Of a stretch of DNA of 64,000 nt, positions 1-11,760 are shown one piece after another (positions within the stretch are counted from its first letter, which is position 1; each line of letters starts with the position of its first letter). The stretch covers positions 2,525 to 66,524 of the forward strand of contig JBAXCZ010000008.1 in the NCBI GenBank assembly GCA_037141195.1. The letters are read 5' to 3'. Under the pieces are notes generated by a model. It searched no databases. It had not been told where the DNA came from and was given only the letters and a program-made list of their open reading frames with translations. The position numbers and the translations under genes are program-made. This DNA is from Clostridia bacterium. Lineage in GTDB: Bacteria; Bacillota; TC1; JBAXCZ01.

Positions 1-1
1 T

Positions 2-799
2 ATAGGCGGGGTCAATTTGGAAGATATAGCTTCACCAAACTGTTTTATAATTGAAAGAAAACTAAAGGAACTCTGTAATATTCCGATTTTTCATGATGAT
101 CAACATGGTACAGCAATAGTTACAGCAGCAGCCTTAATTAATGCTTTAAAGTTGGTGAAAAAATCTTTAAGCGAAATTAAACTTGTCTTAAATGGTGCAG
201 GTGCAGCAGGTATTGCAATTACCAAACTTTTAAGTGATTTAGGTGTAAAGCATATTATTGCCTGTGATCGCAGTGGAGCACTCTACGCAGGAAGAGCAGA
301 AAATATGAATGCAGAGAAAAATATGCTAGCGGCAATAACCAACGATAGTAAGCTTAGTGGTAGTCTAGCAACTGTAATGATAGGTGCTGATGTTTTTGTG
401 GGAGTTTCAGCAGCTAATTGTGTAACTCCAGCAATGGTCGCAAGTATGAATGAGCATCCTATTATTCTTGCTATGGCTAATCCTGATCCAGAAATTATGC
501 CAGATTTGGCAAAAAGCGCCGGGGCACGAGTAGTTTGTACTGGTCGTTCAGATTTTCCAAATCAAGTCAATAATGTTTTGGCATTTCCAGGGGTTTTTAG
601 GGGCGCACTAGATGTGCGAGCAAAGGATATTAACGAAGAAATGAAAAAGGCAGCAGCATATGCTTTAGCAGGACTAATTGCTGAAAATGAGCTATCCGAG
701 GATTATGTAATTCCGAGCCCTTTTGATCCAAGAGTATGTACGGCAGTAGCAAGCGCAGTAGCGGCAGCAGCTAGAAAAAGTGGAGTAGCAAGAATTTAA
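2..799 (+). CDS. NAD(P)-dependent malic enzyme, C-terminal part (5' end outside window)
   Basis: Frame open from position 2 (IGGVNLEDIA); motifs FHDDQHGTA, GAGAAG, AMANPDPEI and TGRSDFPNQVNNVLAFPG. Confidence 0.93.
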   Translation: MGGVNLEDIASPNCFIIERKLKELCNIPIFHDDQHGTAIVTAAALINALKLVKKSLSEIKLVLNGAGAAGIAITKLLSDLGVKHIIACDRSGALYAGRAENMNAEKNMLAAITNDSKLSGSLATVMIGADVFVGVSAANCVTPAMVASMNEHPIILAMANPDPEIMPDLAKSAGARVVCTGRSDFPNQVNNVLAFPGVFRGALDVRAKDINEEMKKAAAYALAGLIAENELSEDYVIPSPFDPRVCTAVASAVAAAARKSGVARI

Positions 800-802
800 G
801 GA

Positions 803-1555
803 GTGAAAGACATGGATTATCCAGGAGTCACTGAATATTTAGTAAAATGGTTGCAGGATAAGGCTATTTCAGCTGGAGCTAAAGGTTATTGTGTTGGTAT
901 TTCAGGGGGGATAGATTCAGCCGTAAGTGCAGCACTTTGCAAAAGAGCATTTCCCCACGCTACGCTGGGTTTATTACTTCCCTGCAACGGAAGCCAAGAA
1001 GATTTAGAGGACGGACTACTGCTAGCAAACAGCTTAGAACTTAAATATAAAATTATTGACCTAAATATTACCTATGAAAGTTTCTTACAAGCCTTTCAGA
1101 CAAGTTGTGATAAAAGTGAAGAATGTCGTATGGCATATGCAAATGTCAAACCAAGGTTAAGAATGGCGGCCCTCTATTTTGCTGCTGGTCAGCGTAATTA
1201 TTTAGTAGTAGGAACTGGTAATAAGGCAGAAATAGAAATTGGTTATTACACAAAGTTCGGTGATGGCGGAGTAGACTTAGAACCAATTGGAGATTTGACT
1301 AAGACCGAAGTTTGGGAGCTTGCAAGCTTTTTAGGTATCCCAAATAAGCTAATTTCTAAAGTACCTACAGCTGGACTTTGGGAAGCACAGACAGATGAGC
1401 AGGAAATGGGTTTTAGCTATCGCACCTTAGATGCTTATTTAACAGGAGCAGAAATTGATCAGGTGAGTAAAGCAAAAATAGAGTTGCTACATCAGTATAG
1501 TGAGCATAAGCGTAATCTGCCAGAAGTACCGATTTTAGCAAAATTTAGAGCGTAA
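803..1555 (+). CDS. nadE: NH3-dependent NAD+ synthetase
   Basis: SGGIDS motif, ANVKPRLRM, GTGNKAE, GYYTKFGDGG and PTAGLW. Confidence 0.93.
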   Translation: MKDMDYPGVTEYLVKWLQDKAISAGAKGYCVGISGGIDSAVSAALCKRAFPHATLGLLLPCNGSQEDLEDGLLLANSLELKYKIIDLNITYESFLQAFQTSCDKSEECRMAYANVKPRLRMAALYFAAGQRNYLVVGTGNKAEIEIGYYTKFGDGGVDLEPIGDLTKTEVWELASFLGIPNKLISKVPTAGLWEAQTDEQEMGFSYRTLDAYLTGAEIDQVSKAKIELLHQYSEHKRNLPEVPILAKFRA

Positions 1556-1566
1556 AAAGGTATTTC

Positions 1567-1595
1567 TTGAAGTAAAAGTAACCCTATGATAAAAT
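1567..1595 (+). promoter_or_regulatory. sigma-A-type promoter for yebC-ruvCAB block
   Basis: TTGAAG-N17-TAAAAT with TG extended -10. Confidence 0.55.
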
Positions 1596-1631
1596 ATTAG
1601 AGGATTATTGATTAAAGGGAGTTGTTAAATT

Positions 1632-2381
1632 GTGTCTGGACATAATAAGTGGTCAACAATTAAAAATAAAAAAGCCAAGACAGATGCCCAAAAGGGTAAA
1701 ATATTTACAAAAATAGGGCGAGAACTAACCGTTGCAGTAAAATCAGGAGGTGCAGATCCAGAGGCAAATGCCAACCTGAAAAATCTTATTGTGAAAGCTC
1801 GCGAAAACAATATGCCCAATGAGAACATTAAGCGGGTAATTGATAAAGCAAGTGGTACAGGAGATAATGTTAATTATGAAGAATTCGTCTATGAAGGCTA
1901 CGGTCCAGCGGGTGTTGCTGTGATTTTAGATATCATGACTGATAATAAAAACCGAACAGCTGGAGAGATTAGACATATTTTCGCTAAAACAGGTGGGAAT
2001 CTGGGAGAAACAGGTTGTGTTGGTTGGATGTTTGATACAAAAGGCGTACTGACCATCGAAGTAGGAAAAAACACAAATTTGGAAGAGATAGAATTAGCTG
2101 CGATTGAAGCAGGAGCAGATGACGTGCAAGCGGAGGATGATATTATTGAAGTTGCCTGTCCTTTAGAAATATTTGAAGAAGTAAAAAAATATTTCAAGGA
2201 AAATGGGATTAATTATCAGCATGCAGAAATTGATAAAGTACCACAAACCAATGTGGAAATTACTGACCTGGATGTAGCTAAACAAGTAATGAGAATGATG
2301 GATCTCTTAGAGGATCATGATGACGTGCAAAATGTCTATGCAAACTTTGATATACCTTCTGAGCTTGCAGAACAGTTATAA
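1632..2381 (+). CDS. yebC: YebC/PmpR family protein
   Basis: MSGHNKWSTIK start, YEGYGPAG, TDNKNRT and DDVQNVYAN; usual position before ruvC. Confidence 0.95.
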   Translation: MSGHNKWSTIKNKKAKTDAQKGKIFTKIGRELTVAVKSGGADPEANANLKNLIVKARENNMPNENIKRVIDKASGTGDNVNYEEFVYEGYGPAGVAVILDIMTDNKNRTAGEIRHIFAKTGGNLGETGCVGWMFDTKGVLTIEVGKNTNLEEIELAAIEAGADDVQAEDDIIEVACPLEIFEEVKKYFKENGINYQHAEIDKVPQTNVEITDLDVAKQVMRMMDLLEDHDDVQNVYANFDIPSELAEQL

Positions 2382-2450
2382 AGTGTTGACGTTTTTGCCA
2401 TAAAAACTCTTTCTTATGTGTAAAAACGCATGGGAAGGAGTTTTCTTATT

Positions 2451-2933
2451 ATGAGAATTATCGGGATAGATCCAGGTACTGCTATCGTTGGTTATGGGGT
2501 TTTAGATTACATTGGTAATCAATTTAAGGTAGTTGCATATGGTGCTATTACAACACCTGCTACGAGTCCCATGTCAGCTAGGCTGAAAACAATCTACCAA
2601 GAGTTACAAGCGGTGATTGAGCTTTATCAACCAGCACATATTGCAGTAGAAGAACTTTTCTACAACACAAATGCTAAAACAGTTATTTCCGTTGGACAGG
2701 CGAGAGGTGTTATTCTCTTAGCAGGAGCAGAGGCAAATTTAGAGGTTGCCGAATATACACCACTACAGGTTAAGCAAGCTGTAGTGGGTTATGGAAGAGC
2801 AGAAAAGAAGCAAGTGCAAGAGATGATAAAGATTTTATTAAAATTAGAAAAGGTACCCAAACCAGATGATGTAGCAGATGCCTTAGCAATAGCTATCTGC
2901 CATGCACATTCATACAAATTGGGTAGATTGTAG
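2451..2933 (+). CDS. ruvC: Holliday junction resolvase RuvC
   Basis: IIGIDPG, AVEELF and DDVADALAIAICH; start taken at ATG 2451 after AAGGAG. Confidence 0.96.
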   Translation: MRIIGIDPGTAIVGYGVLDYIGNQFKVVAYGAITTPATSPMSARLKTIYQELQAVIELYQPAHIAVEELFYNTNAKTVISVGQARGVILLAGAEANLEVAEYTPLQVKQAVVGYGRAEKKQVQEMIKILLKLEKVPKPDDVADALAIAICHAHSYKLGRL

Positions 2934-2940
2934 GTGAAGC

Positions 2941-3555
2941 ATGATAGCGTTTCTAGCTGGAACAGTTGATCTAATTTTAGAGGACAGTGCAATACTCGAT
3001 GTACAGGGAGTAGGTTATCAAGTATTTATGACCGAACAGGAGCTCCTTAGCCTAACCTTTGGTGATAAAATAAAGGTCTACACTCATCATCATCAACGAG
3101 AAGATATAGTGGCACTTTTTGGCTTTTTAAGTCGTGAGACACTAAATTTATTTCAAATTCTTATTGGCGTTAATGGTATAGGACCGAAGATGGCACAAGG
3201 AATTTTCGCCAGAACAAGCAGTCAAGAGTTGACTAGCGCAATCCAAAGAGAAGATGTCGTAAGTTTAATGAAGCTTCCAGGCATAGGTAAAAAAACAGCT
3301 CAGCGTTTAGTCTTAGAACTGAAGGATAAGCTGATAGAATTCGGCTTAGTAGATGCATCACCAAAGATAAGAGAAGATGAGTTAATTAGCTATTACGATT
3401 ATTTCCAAGATGCCAAAGCGGCATTAATTGGACTTGGCTATCAAACCCAAGAAATAGAAAAAGCCTTAAAAGCAATCGTTGTAAATAGTAAAACGGAACA
3501 AACAACAGAAAGCCTAATTCGAGGATTTTTACAAAACGCAGGAAAAAATCGCTAA
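2941..3555 (+). CDS. ruvA: Holliday junction branch migration protein RuvA
   Basis: DVQGVGY, GVNGIGPK, LPGIGKKTAQRLVLEL HhH motifs and ALIGLGY. Confidence 0.95.
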   Translation: MIAFLAGTVDLILEDSAILDVQGVGYQVFMTEQELLSLTFGDKIKVYTHHHQREDIVALFGFLSRETLNLFQILIGVNGIGPKMAQGIFARTSSQELTSAIQREDVVSLMKLPGIGKKTAQRLVLELKDKLIEFGLVDASPKIREDELISYYDYFQDAKAALIGLGYQTQEIEKALKAIVVNSKTEQTTESLIRGFLQNAGKNR

Positions 3556-3570
3556 ACAGGTGGTGGAAAA

Positions 3571-4578
3571 ATGGAAGAACGATTAATGGATTTAGAAGCC
3601 AACTGGGACGAGAGCGAAATTGAACTTAGCTTACGACCAAAAACTTTGCGAGAATACATTGGACAGAATAAAACAAAAGAAAATTTAAGCGTCTTTATGG
3701 AAGCCGCTAAACTGCGCAATGAATCATTGGACCATTTACTTTTATATGGGCCTCCCGGCTTAGGTAAGACAACACTTGCGGGCATAGTAGCAAATGAAAT
3801 GTCAGTACAGTTAAAAATCACCTCAGGTCCAGCAATTGAACGGGCAGGTGATCTTGCAGCAATTCTCACTAATCTTAGTCCCGGAGATGTACTTTTTATT
3901 GATGAAATTCATCGTCTGAATCGTAGTGTAGAAGAAGTCTTATACCCAGCAATGGAAGATTTTGCTCTAGATATTATGATAGGTAAGGGGCCTAGTGCCC
4001 GTTCCATTCGTATTGATATCCCCAAATTCACCCTTGTGGGTGCAACTACCAGAATAGGTATGCTAACAGCACCCCTGAGAGATCGCTTTGGCGTAGTTTG
4101 CCGTTTGGATTATTACACTCAAGAAGAGCTAGAATATATAGTTACCAGAAATGCTGGCTTATTAGCAGTGCCAATAGCCAAGGATGGTGCTGCAGAAATG
4201 GCCAAGCGTTCTCGTGGAACCCCCAGAATAGTTAATCGCTTGCTAAAAAGAGTACGAGATATCGCCCAAATTAAGGGAGATGGTTGTATTACAGCTGAGC
4301 TGGCAGATTTAGCGCTGAATATGCTAGAAATTGATCATTTAGGCTTAGATATTACGGACAGGCGTTTATTAGAAGCGATGATTGATAAATTTGCTGGTGG
4401 ACCGGTAGGATTAGATACCATAGCAGCAATGATTAGCGAGGATTCACTAACAGTAGAGGATGTATACGAGCCATATCTAATGCAGATTGGTTTTCTAGCT
4501 CGCACACCTCGCGGAAGAATAGTTACTAAGGCAGCCTATGAGCACCTAAATAGGCCTTTTACAGATAGCCTATGGTAG
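3571..4578 (+). CDS. ruvB: Holliday junction DNA helicase RuvB
   Basis: [28 protein letters not shown] and RTPRGR. Confidence 0.97.
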   Translation: MEERLMDLEANWDESEIELSLRPKTLREYIGQNKTKENLSVFMEAAKLRNESLDHLLLYGPPGLGKTTLAGIVANEMSVQLKITSGPAIERAGDLAAILTNLSPGDVLFIDEIHRLNRSVEEVLYPAMEDFALDIMIGKGPSARSIRIDIPKFTLVGATTRIGMLTAPLRDRFGVVCRLDYYTQEELEYIVTRNAGLLAVPIAKDGAAEMAKRSRGTPRIVNRLLKRVRDIAQIKGDGCITAELADLALNMLEIDHLGLDITDRRLLEAMIDKFAGGPVGLDTIAAMISEDSLTVEDVYEPYLMQIGFLARTPRGRIVTKAAYEHLNRPFTDSLW

Positions 4579-5172
4579 CAGTCAATGGCATTCTTCTAGC
4601 AGGTGGAAAAAGCAAGCGGATGGGACAGGATAAATTATCCATGCCGTTAGCAAATAAACCTTTGATAGAGCATGCAATAGAGCGTATTCGTCCTCATGTA
4701 GCTAAGCTCTATGTTATTTGTAATGATGTACCGAAATATAAATATTTAGCAAGCACCTATCAAGTAGAACTTATTAAGGATATTTTCCCAGGTAGTGGAC
4801 CCTTAGGCGGTATCTATACAGGTCTTGATTATTCTGATTTGCTTTGTAATTTTGTAGCTGCAGCAGATATGCCATTTATGGATTGGCAACCTGTAGAGTT
4901 ACTCTTGCAGCATGTTTCAGATTGTGATGGCGTAGTTCCCTTAGACGAGTTGGGATTTTACGAGCCACTTTTTGCCATCTATCAAAAAAGCTGTTTAACG
5001 GCTATCAAATCCCAGTTAGACACAGGAGATTATAAAATTTCTCGCTTTTATCCGCAAGTGAAAATTTGCTTTTTGCAGGATGTGCATTTTAGGCACAACG
5101 ACAAGATTTTTTTTAATGTTAATACACAAGCAGATTATCTACAGCTACAAGCTATTGTTAAGGAGCACAAGC

Positions 5173-5183
<11 letters not shown>
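4572..5183 (+). CDS. mobA: Molybdenum cofactor guanylyltransferase
   Basis: [35 protein letters not shown] and FFNVNT. Confidence 0.85.
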
Positions 5184-7331
<2,148 letters not shown>

Positions 7332-7373
7332 TGTATAATACGAGAGTGAGAAATTTCGAAAGGTGGTGAAAAT

Positions 7374-7691
7374 ATGGAATTATTATCAGGTTGGGGCGGT
7401 ACAGTATTGTACCTTGCTTTTTTCTTTGTACTCATCTATTTCTTAATGATTCGTCCACAAAAAAAACAACAGCAACAGCATAAATCCTTAGTAGAGTCTT
7501 TACAAACAGGGGATGAAGTTGTAACTGCCGGTGGTATTCACGGCTTGGTTGTGAAAAAGAAAGAAAAAACAGTTGTTATTTCTGTAGACAGAGATGTAAA
7601 CTTAGAGTTGGAATTAACTGCAGTTGCCCGTATCATTAAAGCAACTACAGCGATTGAAGAAGCAAAGACTGTTGAAAAAGAAGCAGAATAG
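7374..7691 (+). CDS. yajC: Preprotein translocase subunit YajC
   Basis: TM segment + YFLMIRPQKK and GDEVVTAGGIHG; queA-tgt-yajC-secDF synteny. Confidence 0.95.
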   Translation: MELLSGWGGTVLYLAFFFVLIYFLMIRPQKKQQQQHKSLVESLQTGDEVVTAGGIHGLVVKKKEKTVVISVDRDVNLELELTAVARIIKATTAIEEAKTVEKEAE

Positions 7692-7710
7692 TCAGCGTGA
7701 TTAAACAGAG

Positions 7711-7747
7711 AGGCTGTCTCAGCGCATTGTTTGAGATAGCCTTTTTT
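7711..7747 (+). terminator. Intrinsic terminator after yajC
   Basis: AGGCTGTCTCA...TGAGATAGCCT hairpin followed by T-run. Confidence 0.7.
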
Positions 7748-7884
7748 ATGAGTAAGAGTCTAGCGGTAATATGTCAAGTACCGATTTCGAATAAATTGAT
7801 CAGAAAAGCTTAAAAAAGCAAAAAAAATCTTACACCTAAATAAGCCTTTGAAAAACTGCAAATTTTCACAGGCGTTTATGGCAC

Positions 7885-9114
7885 CTACCTCGTAGGTGGA
7901 ATATATAAGCGATTGGTGTCGAGCATGGCATACACCAATCGAACTAGCTTTCTTGCAGTCAATGCGAGAGCACGTTTATGTTGATGCTTCGGTACTTCCT
8001 TAAACTTGGATTGATAAAAGCGTCTGAATTCGGTATCGTGCATGCGTACCTTATTCGCAGCTTCCAAGAAATAGTACTTTAAGTACTTGTTGCCCGAAAG
8101 AATCAACTTTGTATTGGAGGCTTCAAAGCTACCAGACTGGTATCTAGACCAAGTGATGCCTGCATATTTAGCAAGGGCAGCATGGTTGTTAAAGCGATGG
8201 ATATCAGCAATTTCAGCAAGGATACCGGCACTGTATACAGGACCGAATCCAGGGATACTCGATAGAATATCAGGAAATAATTGCATGTAAGAACTGATGG
8301 CTTTGTCTAAGTCTTTAATCTGTTTTTGCAACGATTTTATACCAACTAGCCTAACGGCAAGTAGTTGATTAAGGGAGTCGTTGACAGTTTGAGAAAGACG
8401 ATAAGAGCTTCTAGCAGCAGCTTTGAGTTCTGTGGCAATCTTCTGTGGATCAGTAAAACTGTTTTTGCTCTTTTGAGCAACAAAGTCAGCAAGATTTTCT
8501 AAAGGCATGTCATTTATATCATCAACAGAAAAGAATTCTGAAATGACAGCAATAGAAGTAGCTCCAAAGGTATCTGAAAAAATTTTGGAGGAATCCAAGG
8601 CAGAAAACTTATAGAATAATGTCTCTAAGAACCTTGTTTTTTCTCTACTAAGATTTTGAGCTACTTGAAATCTTGCTCTTGTAAGATTGCGAAGAGCAAT
8701 GTACTTTTCATCCAGATTTACTTCTTTAGCAATGCGACCAAAGCGAAGATAATCAGCAATGATGAGGGTGTCGATGTTATCGTTCTTGGGCAATTCAGGA
8801 TAGGAGTCCTTAAATTTACTAACCTGTTTTGCATTCAGGATATGAACATTAGCATTCCACTTTTTCAAGAAATCATCATTACGAAGAAAAACAGCCAGAT
8901 GATCAGCATAAATGGAAGTGGATTCCATACCGATGGTAACAGAGCTGAAGTCTGTATGTATAATAGTATCTTTTAGCTTTTCAAGAATTTTAACCGCTCC
9001 ATCATGATTGTTAGGAGCATTGAAAAGAGATAAAGTGTCACCGGTTGAATCAGTAAATCGGATGACGTTTGATTTTTTGCTAACGTCAATACCGACAAAG
9101 AGAGTGTTCGTCAT
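7885..9114 (-). CDS. IS110 family transposase/recombinase (RuvC-like DEDD + Tnp20 domains)
   Basis: VGIDVSK (D), GMESTSIY (E), KNDNID (D,D); SIPGFGPVYSAGILAEI; YQSG serine loop; ARKLVRLVYAML. Confidence 0.95.
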   Translation of the reverse strand: MTNTLFVGIDVSKKSNVIRFTDSTGDTLSLFNAPNNHDGAVKILEKLKDTIIHTDFSSVTIGMESTSIYADHLAVFLRNDDFLKKWNANVHILNAKQVSKFKDSYPELPKNDNIDTLIIADYLRFGRIAKEVNLDEKYIALRNLTRARFQVAQNLSREKTRFLETLFYKFSALDSSKIFSDTFGATSIAVISEFFSVDDINDMPLENLADFVAQKSKNSFTDPQKIATELKAAARSSYRLSQTVNDSLNQLLAVRLVGIKSLQKQIKDLDKAISSYMQLFPDILSSIPGFGPVYSAGILAEIADIHRFNNHAALAKYAGITWSRYQSGSFEASNTKLILSGNKYLKYYFLEAANKVRMHDTEFRRFYQSKFKEVPKHQHKRALALTARKLVRLVYAMLDTNRLYIPPTR

Positions 9115-9147
9115 AATATCACCTCACTTTCCGAATGATTTAAGAAA

Positions 9148-9476
9148 CCAATAATACAATGCCCATGGACCTGACGCAACGACACCCTCGCATATATGAA
9201 TAAGCTCCTGTGGAACATGCACGAACCCTCCCTGCAAAAAAGGGATTCCATTTTCAAGAGAAAACAGCTAGCGGTTAGAAGCAAACAATCAGGTATGGGG
9301 AACTGACTTTAGTAGAATATACCCTAGGGTAAAACAAGGAGGAGCAGAACATTCCTTAATGGTTTCTACCATAATTAAACCATAGACATTGTTATTGGTA
9401 TAGCAAAGAAACAATAAAAAAGGATAACAGATTGCAAGGATATTATCCTTTTTTTAGCTATATAATTTCCTTGCTA
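9148..9476 (-). ncRNA. Putative IS110 bridge RNA
   Basis: Lies just downstream of the junction promoter. Stems with G-U pairs on - strand (9476-9466/9411-9401; 9398-9380/9168-9148; 9292-9287/9175-9170). Loop segments match target (9337-9344) and donor (9268-9275, 9187-9194). Confidence 0.75.
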
Positions 9477-9502
9477 AAAACTATTATACGAGGAGGAGAC
9501 AA

Positions 9503-10747
9503 ATGAAAAAGTTAGATGGCATCAAGCTTGCCATAGCTTTAATTTTAATTGTAGCACTTGGTTTTGTGGCATTTCAGCCTTTAATCCAAAGGATTAGCCT
9601 CGGATTAGACTTACAAGGCGGAGTACATGTAGTGTTAAAAGCTTCAGCCACAGAGACTGCCAAAGTAAACACTGAAACTATGAAACAATTACAAGAGGTT
9701 ATGCGAACTCGCGTGGATCAGTTAGGTGTAAGTGAACCACTAATTCAGATTGAAGGTACAGATCGTTTAATTGTAGAATTAGCAGGAGTTCAGGATCCAG
9801 AAAAGGCTGTGGAAGTTATCGGTAAAACAGCCAAGCTCACTTTCGTGGATAGTACTGGTAAGGTAATCTTGTCAGGCACAAATCTGGCAGATGCTGCCGC
9901 CCGTATTGAGTCCAATGGCACTAATGTTGTAACCTTAAAATTTGACAAAGTGGGAACGGCCGCCTTCGCAGCAGCAACTGCCACCGCAGCAGCAGCAACA
10001 AAAGGCAGTCCTGAAAATAAAATTGCTATTATGTTGGATGATAAGGTTATCACTAATCCTCAAGTAAATACATCGATTCCAAATGGTGAAGCAGTAATTT
10101 CTGGTGGCTTTGCAACCTTTGATGAAGCAGCTAGTTTAGCAGCTTTACTTCGTGCAGGAGCATTGCCATTAAATACAGAAATTATTGAAAAAAGAACAGT
10201 AGGACCTACCTTAGGGTCAGATTCATTGACTAAGAGCTTATTTGCAACAGAACTTGCACTGCTTTTAATTGCAATTTTCATGATAATCATGTATCGCTTA
10301 CCGGGTATTATAGCTGTCTTCTCCCTAGTAGTATTTGGTGTAATTGTCCTAGGTATTTTAGTAGGCATTGGAGCAGTACTAACTTTACCAAGTATAGCTG
10401 GGATGCTGCTTACCGTAGGGATGGCAGCAGATGCCAATATTATTATTTATGAGCGGATTAAAGATGAGCTAAAAGCAGGAAAATCAGTTCAGGCTTCCGT
10501 AAAAAGTGGTTTCAAAAGAGCATTTACCACGGTTTTCGATTCAAACTTAACAACAGTTATTGCAGGAGTAGTACTTTTCTATTTAGGGTCAGGTAGTATT
10601 AAAGGTTTTGCCTTAACCTTAATGATTGGTATTGCTATCAATATGATTACAGCTCTTCTAATAACGCGCTATCTTTTGTATTTATCAGTACAGATACCGG
10701 CACTAAGAAAAGCATCCTTCTTTGGCGTAAAAGGAGGTAAAGCATAA
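9503..10747 (+). CDS. secD: Protein translocase subunit SecD
   Basis: LGLDLQGG, RVDQLGVSEP, LLRAGALP, VGPTLG, DANIIIYERIKDE and GFALTL. Confidence 0.96.
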   Translation: MKKLDGIKLAIALILIVALGFVAFQPLIQRISLGLDLQGGVHVVLKASATETAKVNTETMKQLQEVMRTRVDQLGVSEPLIQIEGTDRLIVELAGVQDPEKAVEVIGKTAKLTFVDSTGKVILSGTNLADAAARIESNGTNVVTLKFDKVGTAAFAAATATAAAATKGSPENKIAIMLDDKVITNPQVNTSIPNGEAVISGGFATFDEAASLAALLRAGALPLNTEIIEKRTVGPTLGSDSLTKSLFATELALLLIAIFMIIMYRLPGIIAVFSLVVFGVIVLGILVGIGAVLTLPSIAGMLLTVGMAADANIIIYERIKDELKAGKSVQASVKSGFKRAFTTVFDSNLTTVIAGVVLFYLGSGSIKGFALTLMIGIAINMITALLITRYLLYLSVQIPALRKASFFGVKGGKA

Positions 10748-11631
10748 TGTTCATTCAATTTACAAAACACCGCAAGCTTTGGTATGTCATATCTTCTATT
10801 GTGATTATTGCAGGAATTATTTCCATGCTGATTCCAGGTAGAGGTTTGAACCTAGGAATTGATTTTAAGGGTGGTACATTAATTAATTTAGAATTCGCAC
10901 AAACAGTAAAGATAGCAGATGTGCGAACTGTTTTAGATTCAGCTAAAATCTCCGCACAACTCAACGAAGCCGGTGCCAAGGGCATGTTGATTCGTGTTCC
11001 GGTGATGACAGAAGCTGAAAATACTGCACTAATAAGTAAGCTTGGAACTGAATTAGGTGACTTTACAGTCAAGAGCAATGAAAATGTTAGTGCCATAGTT
11101 GGTAAAGAATTGACAAATAAGGCGATTTTAGCAGTTATCATCGCTTCACTTTTAATGGCGATTTATATTACCTTCCGTTTTGAATTTCTTTTTGGTATCT
11201 CGGCAGTACTTTCACTTTTGCATGATGTACTGATAATGATAGGTCTTTTTTCTATCTTCCAGTGGGAAGTTAACAGCACTTTTATTGCGGCAATGCTCAC
11301 TATTATTGGTTATTCCATCAATGATACAATTGTAAACTTTGATCGTATTCGTGAAAATAGGGGCTATCAGAAAAAAGAAAGTGATGCCGAAGTTGTGGAT
11401 AAAAGTATCAATCAATGTTTGGTGCGGTCCATAACTACTGCAGCAACAGTATGGATAGCTTTAGTTTGTTTACTAGCCTTTGGTGGAGAATCCATTAAAA
11501 TGTTTACCTTGGCTATGCTGATTGGAACAGTGGCAGGAGCATATTCATCAATCTTCGTAGCGGCTCCTTTATGGTTAGATTTTGAACAGCTTTGGGGAAA
11601 TAAGCTGCATAAAAGCAGAAAAAGAAAATAA
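10747..11631 (+). CDS. secF: Protein translocase subunit SecF
   Basis: LGIDFKGG, YITFRFE, GYSINDTIVNFDRIREN and GAYSSIFVA. Confidence 0.96.
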   Translation: MFIQFTKHRKLWYVISSIVIIAGIISMLIPGRGLNLGIDFKGGTLINLEFAQTVKIADVRTVLDSAKISAQLNEAGAKGMLIRVPVMTEAENTALISKLGTELGDFTVKSNENVSAIVGKELTNKAILAVIIASLLMAIYITFRFEFLFGISAVLSLLHDVLIMIGLFSIFQWEVNSTFIAAMLTIIGYSINDTIVNFDRIRENRGYQKKESDAEVVDKSINQCLVRSITTAATVWIALVCLLAFGGESIKMFTLAMLIGTVAGAYSSIFVAAPLWLDFEQLWGNKLHKSRKRK

Positions 11632-11653
11632 ATAAAAATAAATATGGTAAAAT

Positions 11654-11688
11654 AGCAGCTAAGTACTTAACACTTAGCTGTTTTTTTT
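11654..11688 (+). terminator. Intrinsic terminator after secF
   Basis: AGCAGCTAAGT...ACTTAGCTGTT hairpin + T-run. Confidence 0.75.
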
Positions 11689-11760
11689 ATATAATTAAAA
11701 AGTTAAATGTTATTTATTCTTAATGTCACTATGACTGAGCAAAAAAGAGGATGAGAGCAG

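Larger units (their letters stand above)
7756..9492 (-). mobile_element. IS110-family insertion sequence (~1.73 kb), inserted at the secD ribosome-binding site
   Basis: DEDD transposase with long 5' non-coding region and no terminal IRs. GAG occurs at both ends (7756-7758, 9490-9492). Removing the element restores ...GTAA-GAG-GAGGAGACAAATG(secD); joining the ends gives TTGACA-N17-TATAAT. Confidence 0.9.

Noticed and set aside
9958-10000. Ala/Thr run (GCA repeats) in secD as a contingency locus
   Set aside because: Short, in-frame and imperfect; consistent with an ordinary low-complexity helix.
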